The notes beneath the pieces were generated by a model that worked only from the letters and a program-made list of their open reading frames with translations, was not told where the DNA came from and ran no database searches. Positions 1 through 11,944 of a DNA stretch of 64,000 nt are shown here, one piece after another. The DNA is from Tubulanus polymorphus. Taxonomy: Eukaryota; Animalia; Nemertea. The first letter of the stretch is position 1, and every line of letters starts with the position of its first letter. A program made the position numbers and the translations under genes. Location: positions 21,228,560 to 21,292,559 of the forward strand of contig NC_134027.1 of assembly GCF_964204645.1 (NCBI RefSeq), written 5' to 3'.

Positions 1-45
1 TTTTTAGACGCATACCTATATAGAATATTTTTTATTGTTTTATAG

Positions 46-662
46 GTTCAATCGTAAATGACAACGCTGTTCCGTCGAAAGTTCAACGGAATACATGGAA
101 CAATGACCCCGAGCCTCATTATCTAGGATCGCTTGTGTACGCGAGTGCGAAAACGTGGCAGGGGTTAAAACGTATAGATTTACGATCTTTCGAATGCTGT
201 GAACGTAGAAAACAACTGTACCCCACTAAAAACGGTATTGCTTTGGATCTCCAAGAGTGGGTACATATAAATTATTGTAAAGCCGATATCGAACACGAAA
301 TTGCGCGCGTTAAAGAAGATATCGATTACGTAGGCGTGATGACCGTTGGTCGTTCAAACTTTATCAAAATATATAGATCTAGTCACGATCACCGTATTTA
401 CGTAGATATCCGAAAATACGATCTACACGATGAGCTGTCCGATGTAAATCCGACTAGATGCGGCGTAAAACTAACATTGGAACAATGGAAAAAATTGAAA
501 GACATTAATTTTACAGAAGATATATCCGAAATGGCTAATATGAGACCGTGCTGGTACGATTCGAGTCACTCGAATCAGGAATACAGGTGCCCGTACTGCG
601 CAAAAGACACAAGCGGGGTTAGAAAAGCACCTGAATACGGTATAATGATAACCCAAGTATAA
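46..662 (+). CDS. Tandem PC4-like (ssDNA-binding) protein, exon 2
   Basis: Two PC4-like repeats (RIDLRSF..LYPTKNGIALDLQEW; YVDIRKY..PTRCGVKLTLEQWKKLK) and a C-terminal Cys/His cluster. Splice acceptor TATAG at 41-45 matches the intron in copies at 12.1 and 27.9 kb. AATAAA at 722. Confidence 0.75.
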
Positions 663-1084
663 TTTCACAGATAATAATTAGATATTATTTATATAAAAGC
701 TTATTAAAATGTTTAATACATAATAAACTTGCAATGGATATAATATTTCATATCTGTCTCATTTTATTTACTCTATAATAATCAAGCATTTCGTCGTTGC
801 CTAGGCCCCTTCTATACAATATATCATCAAAGAACGTAATTAAGTAATCGAGAAACAATTACCATTGACCCGTTGTTAGCATCTGCCGTCTAAAATAGCT
901 GGTCAGTACCCCCATATGTGCCGGAATATGCGGGATGAAAATTACGCAATTAAGTAATTGAGAAACAAAAACCATTGACCAGTTTGTTAGCATCTGCCGT
1001 CTAAAATATCTAGTCAGTACCCTCGATATGTGACGGAATGGTTTAGAAACCAAACCGAATAGACAATTAGGTAATTAAAGACCC

Positions 1085-1173
1085 TTGATTCATCCATTGC
1101 AAAACATCTGCCACGCAAAGTAGCTACTGCGTATAAAATACTCGTCAGAAGATCTCTAAAATCCATTACGAAA
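1085..1173 (+). promoter_or_regulatory. Repeated RING-cassette promoter (TATA 42 nt upstream of ATG)
   Basis: GATTC(A/G)TCCATTG..AGCTA(C/T)TGCGTATAAAATACT..AAAATG block. TATA at 1132, 9170, 9839, 10669, 21409, 22651, 26682 and 27499, each 41-42 nt before a RING ATG. Confidence 0.7.
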
Positions 1174-1506
1174 ATGACTAACAACGGTGCTCGTTGGACG
1201 GTGATCCCGGACGATGCAGAAGCGGTATTAGTGTGTGACATTTGTCTGTGTTCAGGACAGCGGGCCTGCATGCTGTGCGGTCTATGCCAGTACCGTCATC
1301 CGCTGTGCAATAATTGCACAGCAAGATTGATTTGTACTGGCATAGACAACAGCCTCCCAAATGCGGAAAATGTTATATCGTGTCCGTTCTGTCGGAACAC
1401 GATATATTGGGCCCGAGTAATGCGTCGCCATAGTCGCCTCGTCCGTGAACGAATAGCGAAAGCTAATAGAAGACGAAGAATGCAACAGCAGCAGCAGCGT
1501 CAATGA
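1174..1506 (+). CDS. Small intronless RING-finger protein, family A (intact)
   Basis: CDIC...CQYRHPLCNNC...CPFCR fits C3HC4 RING spacing; basic/poly-Q tail. Confidence 0.75.
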   Translation: MTNNGARWTVIPDDAEAVLVCDICLCSGQRACMLCGLCQYRHPLCNNCTARLICTGIDNSLPNAENVISCPFCRNTIYWARVMRRHSRLVRERIAKANRRRRMQQQQQRQ

Positions 1507-1565
1507 TTATGACGACGACGACGACGACGACGACGACGAAGCCCACGTGAAACCCCCCTTTAAAC

Positions 1566-1607
1566 AGTTCTTTTCAGAACTACTTCAATTTCCAAGAAAG
1601 AGCCAGT
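1566..1607 (+). terminator. Histone-mRNA-type stem-loop plus downstream element (HDE)
   Basis: AAAC-AGTTCT-TTTC-AGAACT-AC about 60 nt after the RING stop; CAAGAAAGAG at 1593-1602. Confidence 0.75.
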
Positions 1608-1649
1608 GTTTAAACGCCTCGCCTCGCTTTAAGCTTCAGTGTTTTTTTA

Positions 1650-1977
1650 TATTGAAGAGTTTTAAACAAAACGCGTTATTACCCCCTACTTCATTCATCA
1701 GATCGTCGACTATAATTAATGTACGTTTACTGCCATCTATTTTGTCGTAGAGTTCTCCGGAAAAACCCTCTACAAACTGCACTCCAAACTTTTCCAATTC
1801 ATTGAACATTTCGGGTTGCGCCTCCGCGTAACACCAATATATCTTATCGGGATTTTTTTCGACAAGATTCTCTGTTATAACTTTTTTGACAAACACACTT
1901 TTATCGGAACCCGTCGGTCCTGCGACTATCATCGTGAATGGGTGGGATAAGTATCTCGGGCCATTATACTCTGCCAT
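1650..1977 (-). pseudogene. Packaging (A32/FtsK-like) ATPase, N-terminal half
   Basis: HPFTMIVAGPTGSDKS (Walker A with G>D) and LIIVDDLM (Walker B); truncated at the junction with the RING cassette 3' region. Confidence 0.85.
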
Positions 1978-2204
1978 CTTAGTGTTTTAGTGTTTTAAGT
2001 GTTTTAGCTACGAATGAAAAACACTTTTAATAGAAACAAGGGGGTTGTCAATATTTTAAAAATACAGTACACGCATTTTATAGTTTACTAAATTCTTTAT
2101 TTTTCACTAAACGAGGTTCTAACAATTTTCAATTTTGAAAAAATGAGGTTTGAACTTTTTTAATAGGAAAATACTATACGGTTTTGAATATGTTTTCATA
2201 AACG

Positions 2205-2528
2205 CTATTTGACTTTTTTCACGATATACGTTCTTATATCGATATACGTTCTTTGAATGAGATATTTATGTTCCGGTTGAAGATCAATCACGTCTAAACA
2301 AAATATAGCGCCAACAATTTTATAAAGGAATCGCTCCGTCATATTTAATTCTTTCAAAACTAGGCATAATCCATCTGGTTCGTCGCAATTTACAAAATCA
2401 TTGGCTAAACGTTGAATATCTGTTAAATGCTTTTGACCGAGTAACACTTGGTGTATTCGCGTGTAATCCAAAATCGTGAACAATAGCCTTCGTAATAGCC
2501 CGTCCATTGTACTTGATAGTCGACCCAT
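2205..2528 (-). CDS. Hypothetical Maverick protein divergently oriented to the ZnF-pPolB gene
   Basis: 107-aa ORF; a decayed homologous copy lies at ~23300-23500 next to the second ZnF exon-1 copy. Confidence 0.5.
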   Translation of the reverse strand: MGRLSSTMDGLLRRLLFTILDYTRIHQVLLGQKHLTDIQRLANDFVNCDEPDGLCLVLKELNMTERFLYKIVGAIFCLDVIDLQPEHKYLIQRTYIDIRTYIVKKVK

Positions 2529-2599
2529 AATTGACTTGTAGACACAGATTAGTCTCTTTTAAAAAATAACACATATTCAATCTTTTTTTCTCACAGAAA

Positions 2600-5500
2600 A
2601 TGTATTCATGCCAATACTGCCCGTTGACCTTTGTCAATGAACTGGGTTTGGAACAACACCAACAACTTCACGTTGGTAAGAAGGGGTTCAAGTGCTTGAG
2701 CTGTTGCAAAGCATTTGCGTGTGCGCGCGATTTAACGCAGCACACGTTTATATGTATGACACCCCAACCGGTTCAACAACAGATGCCTGTAGCTTCGGTC
2801 AATCCGGTAAGTAGCTTACAATCGCTCATTTCATTAATTAATTATTTTAATGTATTCTTAAATACCCGGTTTATTTATTTATTTATTTATTTTTTCAGCA
2901 AATATGGGACTGCATAATATGTGGTCTTAACTTTGCTGACCAGCAAACACTGACACATCATCTGAGTTCCCACTTTGGAACTACCGATGGTTGGCAATGC
3001 GATACATGCGGCAAGTCGTTTACACGTAAAGATCACTTGACCCGGCATGCTAAAACGTGTAAGGGCTACGTTGCCAAACACGTATCACTACACTCGCAAC
3101 CAGGCACATCAGAAGCTAGACCGGTAAGTAGTGAAATTATGAGTTACTAAAGAAAGAAAAACAAATAAACAAACAAAAAGACCCGTTATTTATATTCTAT
3201 ATATTTGTCTATTGAAGGGACCCGAGTGCAGCAAATGTGGCAAGGTGTTTGGACGCGTAGACAACATGCGCCGACACGTCAAAACGTGTAAAGGATCCGT
3301 TGAACCACCGCGTGTAAACCCTCTACCGCGCGTAAACCCTCCGCGTGTGAACCCACCGCCACATCCTGATTGTCACCCCATTCACCCCTGGACGTCTAAC
3401 TCTGTAAGTAATCGAAATCATGAATTGCTAAAAAACTGTTATTCATCTTTAATATAATCCGGGTATTTTTTTCTATTTTCTAGCATTCTTGTGACATATG
3501 CGGCAAAACGCTATCTCGTAAGGATAACTTGGTAAGACACATGAGAACGTGTAAACCTAAAAAGACGTCGGCCTTACCACAGCCTCCACCACCACCAGCC
3601 GTACGGGAGTTTACATGCTCGCGATGTTCGGATTCGTTCCATTCGATCGCCGAGTTAAAACGTCACGGCGAGGTATGCGCTCCACGACCCTCAACATCGA
3701 AGCGTCCTATTGACGATATTGATGATGATGAGGAAGAAGTGCCGTGTTCGAAGCGCCCTCACTGTGAAAACCCCGACGAGATAATACGGGGCAATATTAA
3801 ACTGGTCAGGGTAAGTAATCGAATACACCAAAATTCGTTTAACATAATGACGAACAAAAATGATTAAAAAGAATGTTTCCATTATTTTACAGAACGGCGT
3901 ACAACACAGCAAAAAATTCAACATGAAAACTGAGTTGTACAAGGTTACCGTAATTCCGCGTGATGACCAGAATAACAAGACACTCGACGCGCAGGATACA
4001 CAGACAATCGTCCGAAATTACCTAACCGACGTTTTAGCGGCAATTAGTGAAATGCTGGATGCTCGTTCGAGTGACATGATTCGTATATCTATCGAACACG
4101 CGGATCTCAATGGAAACATTGAATTTCCATTCGTACCGTTGGACGAACTAACGGTCGAATATATACTCGATAGGCTAATACATGTTCTACAGTCGAATGA
4201 GGATTTGTCTTTGGATGGATTAATTTTCCATTGTACATTCATTCGAATGCCGCTAGGTGGTGTACGTCGTAAACGCGTCGAGGTAAACTTCAATCAGTTT
4301 AGACAGAACAAAAAATGCGTTGTCTCAATTGATAATGACGATGATTTGTCTCGCTAGGTCAATAGTGGTTGCAAAAGCGCGTGCGGACAATGATCCCCGA
4401 TATGATGTCATACGTAGATGCGACCGGCCTTTGCAGAAGAATGCGGCAATTGCCTTACACACGAATGCCGGTGTACCTCTAGGCAAGTGTGGATTGCGCG
4501 AATTGGATGTATTTGCGCAACAATTATCCGATTACTACGTATTAGTCGCAACTGGAGATGATAATGCGTATCATATCATTTACGAGAAAAACAACGCCGT
4601 GCTAAAAAATAAAGGAGCTGGGGGTAAAAAGATTGAACTTTTATATACGGCTGGACATTTTGACGTTATTACATCGATGTCTGCATTTACCTGTCGTACA
4701 TATTTTTGCTATTCTTGTAAAAAAGGGTATACGAATACAGAACGACACAGTTGTACAGATAAATGCAGACTTTGTTTAGGTAATTGCGGACAACAAAGGG
4801 GTAGTTATTTGTGTATAAAATGCAATATCTATTTCAAATCGGAAGCGTGTTTAGCCAGACACTGCAGACCAAGACCAGATGGGTCAAGCTTATGCGATTC
4901 AAAGGCTAGATGTTTACAATGCGGTTCTATTGTATCTAGAAAAAAACTTGACCCCAAATCTCACGATTGCGGGCAAAAATATTGCAGTTCTTGTAAAGAG
5001 CGAAAGCCTAGCGGTCATCTTTGTTACATCGGGGTCGCTAAAAGTCGGGATCATGTGGTATCTGAGGAACAGGGTAACCCTCATACACTAATCAACCCTT
5101 ATTTGGATGCTGAAAATGCGGGCGATGAGTTAAAATATAGAAAGTTCATCGCATTCGATTTTGAAACAACGACTGTGGAATCGAACCACGTTGTAGTACT
5201 GGGTATAGCACATAGAGTATGTCAGATGTGTAAATGGTCGAAACGGACCCCCGACTCGGTTTGCGATTATTGCGGTAAACACGAACACGTGTTTAAAACG
5301 GCCTCTGAACTCTGCGAGTGGTTGTTTACGGAAGAGAATAGGGGTGCCACTGTTTTCGCGCATAATTTTCAATCTTTCGACGGTTATTTCATTCTGCAAT
5401 ATTTGGTTTCACAAGGTATATTACCGGATATTATACCAAACGGTGGGAAAATAATGACTATGACCGTCAAGCATTTGGATATAAAGTTTTTAGATACTTT

Positions 5501-7687
5501 AAATTTTCTACCGATGAAACTCGCTAAATTACCCGAAACACTAGGTATTCCTGAGTTGAAAAAGGGCTATTTTCCGTATAAATTTTGCACTCGCGAGAAT
5601 ATTGATTACGTCGGACCTATTCCCGATATAGAATATTACAATCCCGACGGTCTAAGTTCGAGCGAAAGGTCTGATTTAATAAAGTGGCATAGCGATCGTC
5701 AGTCGGAAAATTTCATTTTTGACATGCAACGCGAGTTGGTCGAATACTGTCGTTCGGATGTGGATATTCTGATGCAATCCGTCGTAAATTTTCAACATCA
5801 ATTCTTTGCTCTTTCGGCTGTTGATCCATTTCGTAACAGCATCACTATAGCATCGGCGTGCAATGTGGCGTTACGAACAAACTTTTTGAAACCGACAACA
5901 ATAGGGCTAATCCCTCCGGGGGGTTATAAACCTAATGCAAAATTTTCCAAGATGGCAATTAACTGGTTGAAATGGGTATCCACAACGAATGACATACGAG
6001 TCCAACACGCGTTGAACGGCGGCGAAGTATCGATTGACCGCTTTAAAGTAGACGGTTATCACGCCGAATCCAATACCGTGTACGAATTTCACGGTTGTTT
6101 ATATCACGGATGCCCTAAGTGTTTCAAAAATCCGGATTTGATATCTCCGGTACGACCCGATCGTAAATTCGGTGAATTATATCAGGCCACATTAGAAAAA
6201 CATCTAAAATTAGGGCTATGGGGTACAATTTGGTGGAATTTTGGGAACACGAATATCGTGACTTGGTTAAAGAAAACCGCGCGTTTGCAGATTTTGTCAA
6301 AAAATCTGATATTCTCGATCCATTGCAACCACGTGACGCATTTTTTGGAGGTCGTACGAACGCGATAAAAATTTATCGCAAAGCCGAGGGTGAAGAAAAA
6401 ATCAAATACATCGACATATGCTCGTTATACCAGTACGTCAACAGTCGTTGCAGTTATCCAATCGGTCATCCGACTATCGTGACTGAAAATTTCCGCCATA
6501 TCGATAATTATTACGGGTTGATTAAGTGTAAGGTTTTACCGCCTCGGGGTTTATATCTACCCGTGCTCCCGTATAGATCGGGTGGGAAATTGACTTTTCC
6601 ATTGTGTCGAACGTGCGCTAATGAAAGCAATCAGCGCGAAAAGTGTCAACATTCGGCAAATGAGCGTTCGATAACGGGTACCTGGGTAACTTTAGAGGTA
6701 CAAAAAGCAGTGACACTTGGTTATAAGATATTAGATATATATGAAATTTGGAATTGGGAAACTAATGAAACGGGTTTATTCGAGGATTATATAGGAAAAT
6801 TCCTCAAAGTTAAAACCGAAGCCAGTGGTTGGCCGTGTAAAGATATGTCGCGCGACGAGAAGGATAAATTCATTTCCGATTATTTAGAAAGAGAGGGTAT
6901 CCAACTCGAAGAAGATAAGATTAAGAAAGCCAAGGGGATGCGAACAGTCGCGAAATTATGCTTAAATTCGATGTGGGGTAAACTCGGTCAAAACGAAAAT
7001 AAGACGACGGCCAAATATATTTCGGACCCCGGGGAATTATATAGAATGCTTTTGGATGAAACTTTAGAGATAAGCGATTTGTTGTTGTGTAATGACGAGG
7101 TGCTAAGAGTGCATTACAAAAAACGCGCAGAATTTGTCGAATCGACAAACAAAACCAGCGTCGCTTTAGCAGCTTTCACAACGGCTCATGCACGGCTTAT
7201 TCTCTATAGTTATATGGAGAAATTAGGGGAACGAACCCTATACACGGATACCGACTCCATTATTTATAGCGTGAAACCTGGTGAATGGGATCCGCCGACC
7301 GGGAATTTTTTGGGTGATATGACCGATGAATTGGTCGATAAATACGGGGAGGGGTCGTTTATTTCAGAATTTGTTTCGGCTGGACCCAAAAATTATGCAT
7401 ATCGGGTATTCAGTCCTAGAGATAATACATTTTCAACGGAATGTAAAGTTAAAGGGATCAATTTGAATTTTCGAAACAAACAAATTGTAAACTTTGGTTC
7501 CATGGTAGATATAATTGTCGAAGAAAAGTACGACCATCTTTACATATTAAACCCTGACAAAATTAATAGAAAGATCAAGGACTGTTCTATTTACAATAGA
7601 GACGAACGAAAAATATATCGCGCGGTTTATACTAAACGAGCTTTCGACCCCGCAGATCGGTATAACACGCTTCCGTACGGATATTGA
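2600..7687 (+). pseudogene. Spliced zinc-finger + protein-primed DNA polymerase B polyprotein (2 frameshifts)
   Basis: Exons 2600-2806, 2899-3123, 3218-3403, 3484-3810 and 3893-7687, all phase-0 GTAAGT..AG introns. Motifs FDFET, HNFQSFDG, YCRSDV, YIDICSLY, KLCLNSMWGK, YTDTDS, KNY, KVKG. Frameshifts near 4345 and 6200. AATAAA at 7754. Confidence 0.9.
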
Positions 7688-8025
7688 TATAGGAAATAAC
7701 GCAGTGTATATGATTATTTATTTATCTATTCTATTTATTGCGCGGTTATTGTTAATAAATGTTTTTTAATTGTTGACATTAATTTGTTATACATTTGCTT
7801 TTTTTTTTGTGGTTTCTTTGTATCACTCGAAATTGGTAATGCTGGAAAAGAAAGCGCCATCTAGGATTTACTCCTCCCCCTCCTCACACACACACGCACG
7901 CAAAGGATCTCGTAATAGTGGCGCCATCTAGGGAATTAATCACATCAATAAATTGATTTGGAATTTACATAGTCAATGATTTGAATTTTGCCGCCAAAAA
8001 GAAAATTTGTAAAGGAAAAAAAGAA

Positions 8026-8172
8026 AAAAAATCTTAAGGAAAATATCTTAAGAAAAATATCTTGAGGAAAAAAAAAAAATCTTAAGAAAAATATCTTGAG
8101 GAAAATATCTTGAGGAAAAAATCTTGAGAAAAAAATCTTAAGAAAAATATCTTAAGAAAAAAATCTTAAGAA
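8026..8172. repeat. Subterminal ~15-bp tandem repeat (AAAATATCTT(A/G)AG(A/G)A), about 10 copies
   Basis: Direct reading; lies just inside the element 1 right terminus. Confidence 0.85.
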
Positions 8173-8250
8173 ACTCCTCCCCCTCCCCCTCCTCACTCCT
8201 CCCCCTCCCCCCTCCTCATTGAGGTCCTGAAGTGACATTTCCTAACTACT

Positions 8251-8552
8251 GACGGTCATCCCTGACTATGCTGAAGCTGTTTTGGAGTGTGATATTTGTC
8301 TGTGTATCAGACAGTGGGCCTGGCTGTTGTGTGACCCAAACTAATATCGGGATCCGCTGTGCAATTGCACAGCAAGGCTAATTTGCACCGGCATAGACTC
8401 AGGCAGGGAGAATGCGGAAAATATAATACATTGCCCGTTCTGCTGAAATGTAATCTATTGGGTCCGAGTTATGAATCGACACAGGCAAATGGTTCGTAAC
8501 CGGATAGAGGGCTAATCGGCGACGACAGCAACAACAGCAGCAGCGCCGATGA
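8251..8552 (+). pseudogene. RING family A, 5'-truncated by the element 1 terminus
   Basis: Homologous to 1174-1506 from codon T-V-I-P onward; contains stops and indels; followed by stem-loop 8595-8610. Confidence 0.8.
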
Positions 8553-8594
8553 TGATTATAACGACGAAGATGACCACATGCAACCCCTTTAAAC

Positions 8595-8637
8595 AGCCCT
8601 TCTAAGGGCTAACTTCAATTTCCAAGAAAGAGCCAGT
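8595..8637 (+). terminator. Histone-type stem-loop + HDE
   Basis: AGCCCT-TCTA-AGGGCT, CAAGAAAGAG at 8623. Identical hairpins at 11505-11520, 20926-20941 and 27076-27091. Confidence 0.75.
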
Positions 8638-9211
8638 GTTAACACGCCTCGCTTTATGCTTCAGTGCTTTTCTCCAAGTTTTAACAAAACTTTTTTTCCT
8701 CGGTGTTTGTATAAGCGGTATGTAATCATTTTTTGATCTATAACTAAACACCTGGCTAAATTTGAAATTTTTGTAGTGAGTAAAACAATCATTGGGCACT
8801 CCAGGGTTAACCAATTATAGTATAACCATTTTGGGTTTTGTTACATTAACAACAATTCAAAAGTGTTTATTGCTCATGCTACGGACACAATTAAGTGGTT
8901 AAAAACGTTAATGAAGTAAAGATGAAATCTATCTAACCAAACCGAATACAATTAAGAAGTTAAGGACCCATGATTCATCCATTGCAAAACAAACATCTGC
9001 CACGTATAGTAGCTATTGCGCACGTAATCTGGTCAGTACTCCCCATATGTGACGGAATATGCAGTATGAAAATTATGCAATTAAGTCATTTAGAAACCAA
9101 ACCGAATAGACAATTAAGTAGTTAAAGACCCATGATTCATCCATTAAAAAAAATCTAGTAGCTATTGCGTATAAAATACTCGTCAGAAAATCTCGGAAAT
9201 TCATATCCAAA

Positions 9212-9499
9212 ATGACGAACAAACCGGGAGCAAGATTTTTTCATTGTGACTACGCCAGAACACGGGAGTGCTGTGGGTGTCTTGAAAGACAGCGAGCTTT
9301 GGTGGCTTGTGAAAATCACCCCATGGCCAATTATATTTGTATGGGGTGTTTTGTTCAATTAGTTGAACTACGGCCGGAGAGTTAACATTATATTACGTGC
9401 CCAATGTGTCGCCTGGAATGGTACTTTGAGCTGATGAAGGCACGCCCTCCAACGTTGAGTGGTATGCATGGAATGCTACGTAAGGAAGACGACGAATAA
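9212..9499 (+). pseudogene. RING family B (one in-frame TAA)
   Basis: MTNKPGARFFHCDYARTRECCGC..CENH..CMGC..RPES*HYITCPMCR; followed by AGTTCT-TTTA-AGAACC-ACCC (9533-9548) and AGAAAGAG at 9563. Confidence 0.8.
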
Positions 9500-9880
9500 G
9501 AAGGGTTGTGAAACGCTACTGCAAAAACATACAGTTCTTTTAAGAACCACCCTAAAATTATGAGAAAGAGACAGTTTTGCTAAGCCCCTCGCTTTATACC
9601 TCAGTTTTTATCTTATCAAAGAATGCAATTAAGTAATTGAGAAACAAATACCATTGACCCATTGCTAGCATATGCCATCAAAAATATCTGGTCAGTACTC
9701 CCCGTACGTGACAGAATTTGCAGGATGAAAATTATGCAATTAAGTAATTTAGAAACCACACCGAATAGAGAAATTAAGGAGTTAAAGAACCATGATTCAT
9801 CCATCGAAAAACATCTACCATGTAAAGAAGCTATTGCGTATAAAATACTCGTCAGAAAATCCCGAAAATCCATATCCAAA

Positions 9881-10488
9881 ATGACGAAAAAACCGGGAGC
9901 AAGATTTTTTCATTGTGACTACGCGAGAACACGGGAGTGCTGTGGGTGTCTTGAAAGACAGCAAGCGTTGGTGGCTTGTGAAAATCACTTATATCAATTA
10001 TATTTGTATGGGGTGTTTTGTTCAATTAGTTGAACTACGGCCGGAGAGTTAACGTTATATTAAGTGCCCAATGTGTTGCCTGGAATGGTACTTTGAGCTG
10101 ATGAAGGCACGCCGTCCAACGTTGAGTGGTATGCATGAAGGGAGGAAGATCTATGCAGGGGGTGTGTTTGTGCACATTACAACTGATCAGATGCTGTGTT
10201 GTCATACACCAATATTTGATGAATGCAGCAACAAAATCAACCACTCGCAACATCACCAATGTATATATTGTAGTTCGATTCTAGACCTGACGTGCTGTGT
10301 GTGTTTGGAAGTGTGTGGATACACCGACAACGTGTTGTAGGAAGCAGATCCACGTTAAGTGTATAAAACGCTTAAAGAACACACGAGATTACGAATGTCT
10401 GTATTGCCGAAGATGTCAGCGATCCACTACCGTCGGAACAATGTCGTTCAATCCCGACATATACGATTCAGAACGCGTGATATTCTAA
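9881..10488 (+). pseudogene. RING family B fragment fused to multi-RING family D fragment
   Basis: B homology to ~10139, then PCCHTPIC..CIYC..TCCVC..CCRKQIHVKC..CLYCR homologous to 19527-20090. Half hairpin GGTCTT-TTTC-GAG at 10521. Confidence 0.7.
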
Positions 10489-10710
10489 TATACGCGTATA
10501 TTATGTATACGAAGAAAAATGGTCTTTTTCGAGTACCCTCGATATGTGACGGAATAGGACAGTATGAAAATTACGCAATTAAGTAATTTAGAATCAAAGA
10601 CAATTAAGAAGTTAAAGACCCATGATTCGTCCATTGCAAAACATCTGCCGCATAAAGTAGCTATTGCGTATAATTTACTTGTCAGAAGATCTCGAAAATC
10701 AATATCCAAA

Positions 10711-11091
10711 ATGTCTGGTGCAAGATACATGAGCTTTCCTGATGGCGCAGAGGCCGTTGTCTAATGCGGGGTATGTTTAGAGACTGGTCTACAGAAACTT
10801 GACGTGTGGAAGCTGCGTCTCAGCTATCGTACGAAGAAATCTTGAACTGGAGTGTGAAGACGCAAATGATGTATTTTTGTGCCCGTTCTGCAGAAACGTG
10901 ATAAACAGGGCACATATGTTTGCGGAGTATACATGCAAAGAAGAATGCCGAACTCGTCGAAACTGAAGACCACGTCATCAGAGACGTCAGCAGCAGCAGC
11001 AGCAGCGCCGATAATAATGATAACAACACTGCCGAAGAATACGATACCATATACACGCTACCATATCCTCAAAAAGGTCCTTTTAAGGGCC
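10711..11091 (+). pseudogene. Divergent RING family A' with near-canonical histone stem-loop
   Basis: MSGARYMSFPDGAEAVV*CGVC...CPFCR; AAAAA-GGTCCT-TTTA-AGGGCC-AC at 11076-11091. Confidence 0.75.
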
Positions 11092-11144
11092 ACTTCAATT
11101 TTCAAATGGTTTACTAAATTCTTTAACGAAAATTCATAACGAAA

Positions 11145-11459
11145 ATGACTAACAACGGTGGTAGATGGACGGTCATCCCCGACAACGCCAAACCTGTTTT
11201 TGAGTGTGATATTTGTCTGTGTATCGGCCTTGCTGTCGTGTGACCAATGCTAATATCGGGATCCGCTGTGCACAGCAAGGCTAATTTGCACCGGCATAGA
11301 CTCAGGCAGGGAGAATGGGGAAAATATAATACATTGCCCGTTCTGCCGAAATGTAATCTATTGGGTCCGCGTTATGAATCGACATAGGTGAATGGTTCGT
11401 AAACGGATAGAGAGGACTAATCGGCGTTGACAGCAACAACATCAGCAGCGCCAAGATGA
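11145..11459 (+). pseudogene. RING family A copy
   Basis: Homologous to 1174-1506 with deletions and stops; stem-loop at 11505, HDE at 11533. Confidence 0.8.
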
Positions 11460-11804
11460 TTATGACGACGACGATGACGATGACCACATGCAACCCCTTT
11501 AAACAGCCCTTCTAAGGGCTAACTTCAATTTCCAAGAAAGAGCCAGTGCCAACAAGCCTCGCCTCACCTCGCTTTATGCTTCTGTGCTTTTCTCCAAGTT
11601 ATAACAAAATTTTTTTCCTCGGTGTTTGTATTAGCGGTATGTAATCATTTTTTGATCTATAACTAAACACCTGGCTAAATTTGAAATTTTTGTAGTGAGT
11701 AAAACAATCATTGGGCACTCCAGGGTTAACCAATTATAGTATACCCATTTTGGATTTTATTACATTAACAACAATTCGAAAGTGTTTATTTCTCATGCTA
11801 CAGA
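11239..11804 (+). repeat. 566-bp direct duplication flanking element 2 (second copy 20660-21225)
   Basis: TGTGACCAATGC...CATGCTACAGA abuts the left TIR, and the same 566 bp starts immediately after the right TIR; roughly 10 substitutions by eye. Confidence 0.9.
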
Positions 11805-11944
11805 AGTAGTTAAGTAGGGTCACTTTGGGACCGAGTGAGGAGTGAGGAGCAGTGAGGAGCAATGACGTCATCGCTGACGTCATGGATGACGTCATGGATG
11901 ACGTCATTGATTACATCATGTTGGTGGGGGAAAACGTGTTTGGG
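11805..11944 (+). repeat. Left TIR with four TGACGTCA (CRE/ATF) palindromes
   Basis: TGACGTCA at 11863, 11875, 11887 and 11899; reverse complement at 20521-20659. Confidence 0.9.

Larger units (their letters stand above)
1..8250 (+). mobile_element. Maverick/Polinton element 1 (internally deleted; left end upstream of window)
   Basis: Contains PC4, RING, packaging ATPase fragment and near full-length pPolB. It ends in ...GTGACATTTCCTAACTACT at 8250, similar to the right terminus of element 2 (...GTGACCCTACTTAACTACT); ACTACT is a typical Maverick terminus. Confidence 0.85.

Noticed and set aside
4330-6220. Programmed frameshifting in pPolB
   Set aside because: Copy 2 is in frame at both positions, so these are decay or sequencing indels.
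9380-10764. Alternative genetic code (TAA as sense) to explain shared stops
   Set aside because: TAA terminates PC4, RING-B and eIF6 normally, and the copies also carry frameshifts.
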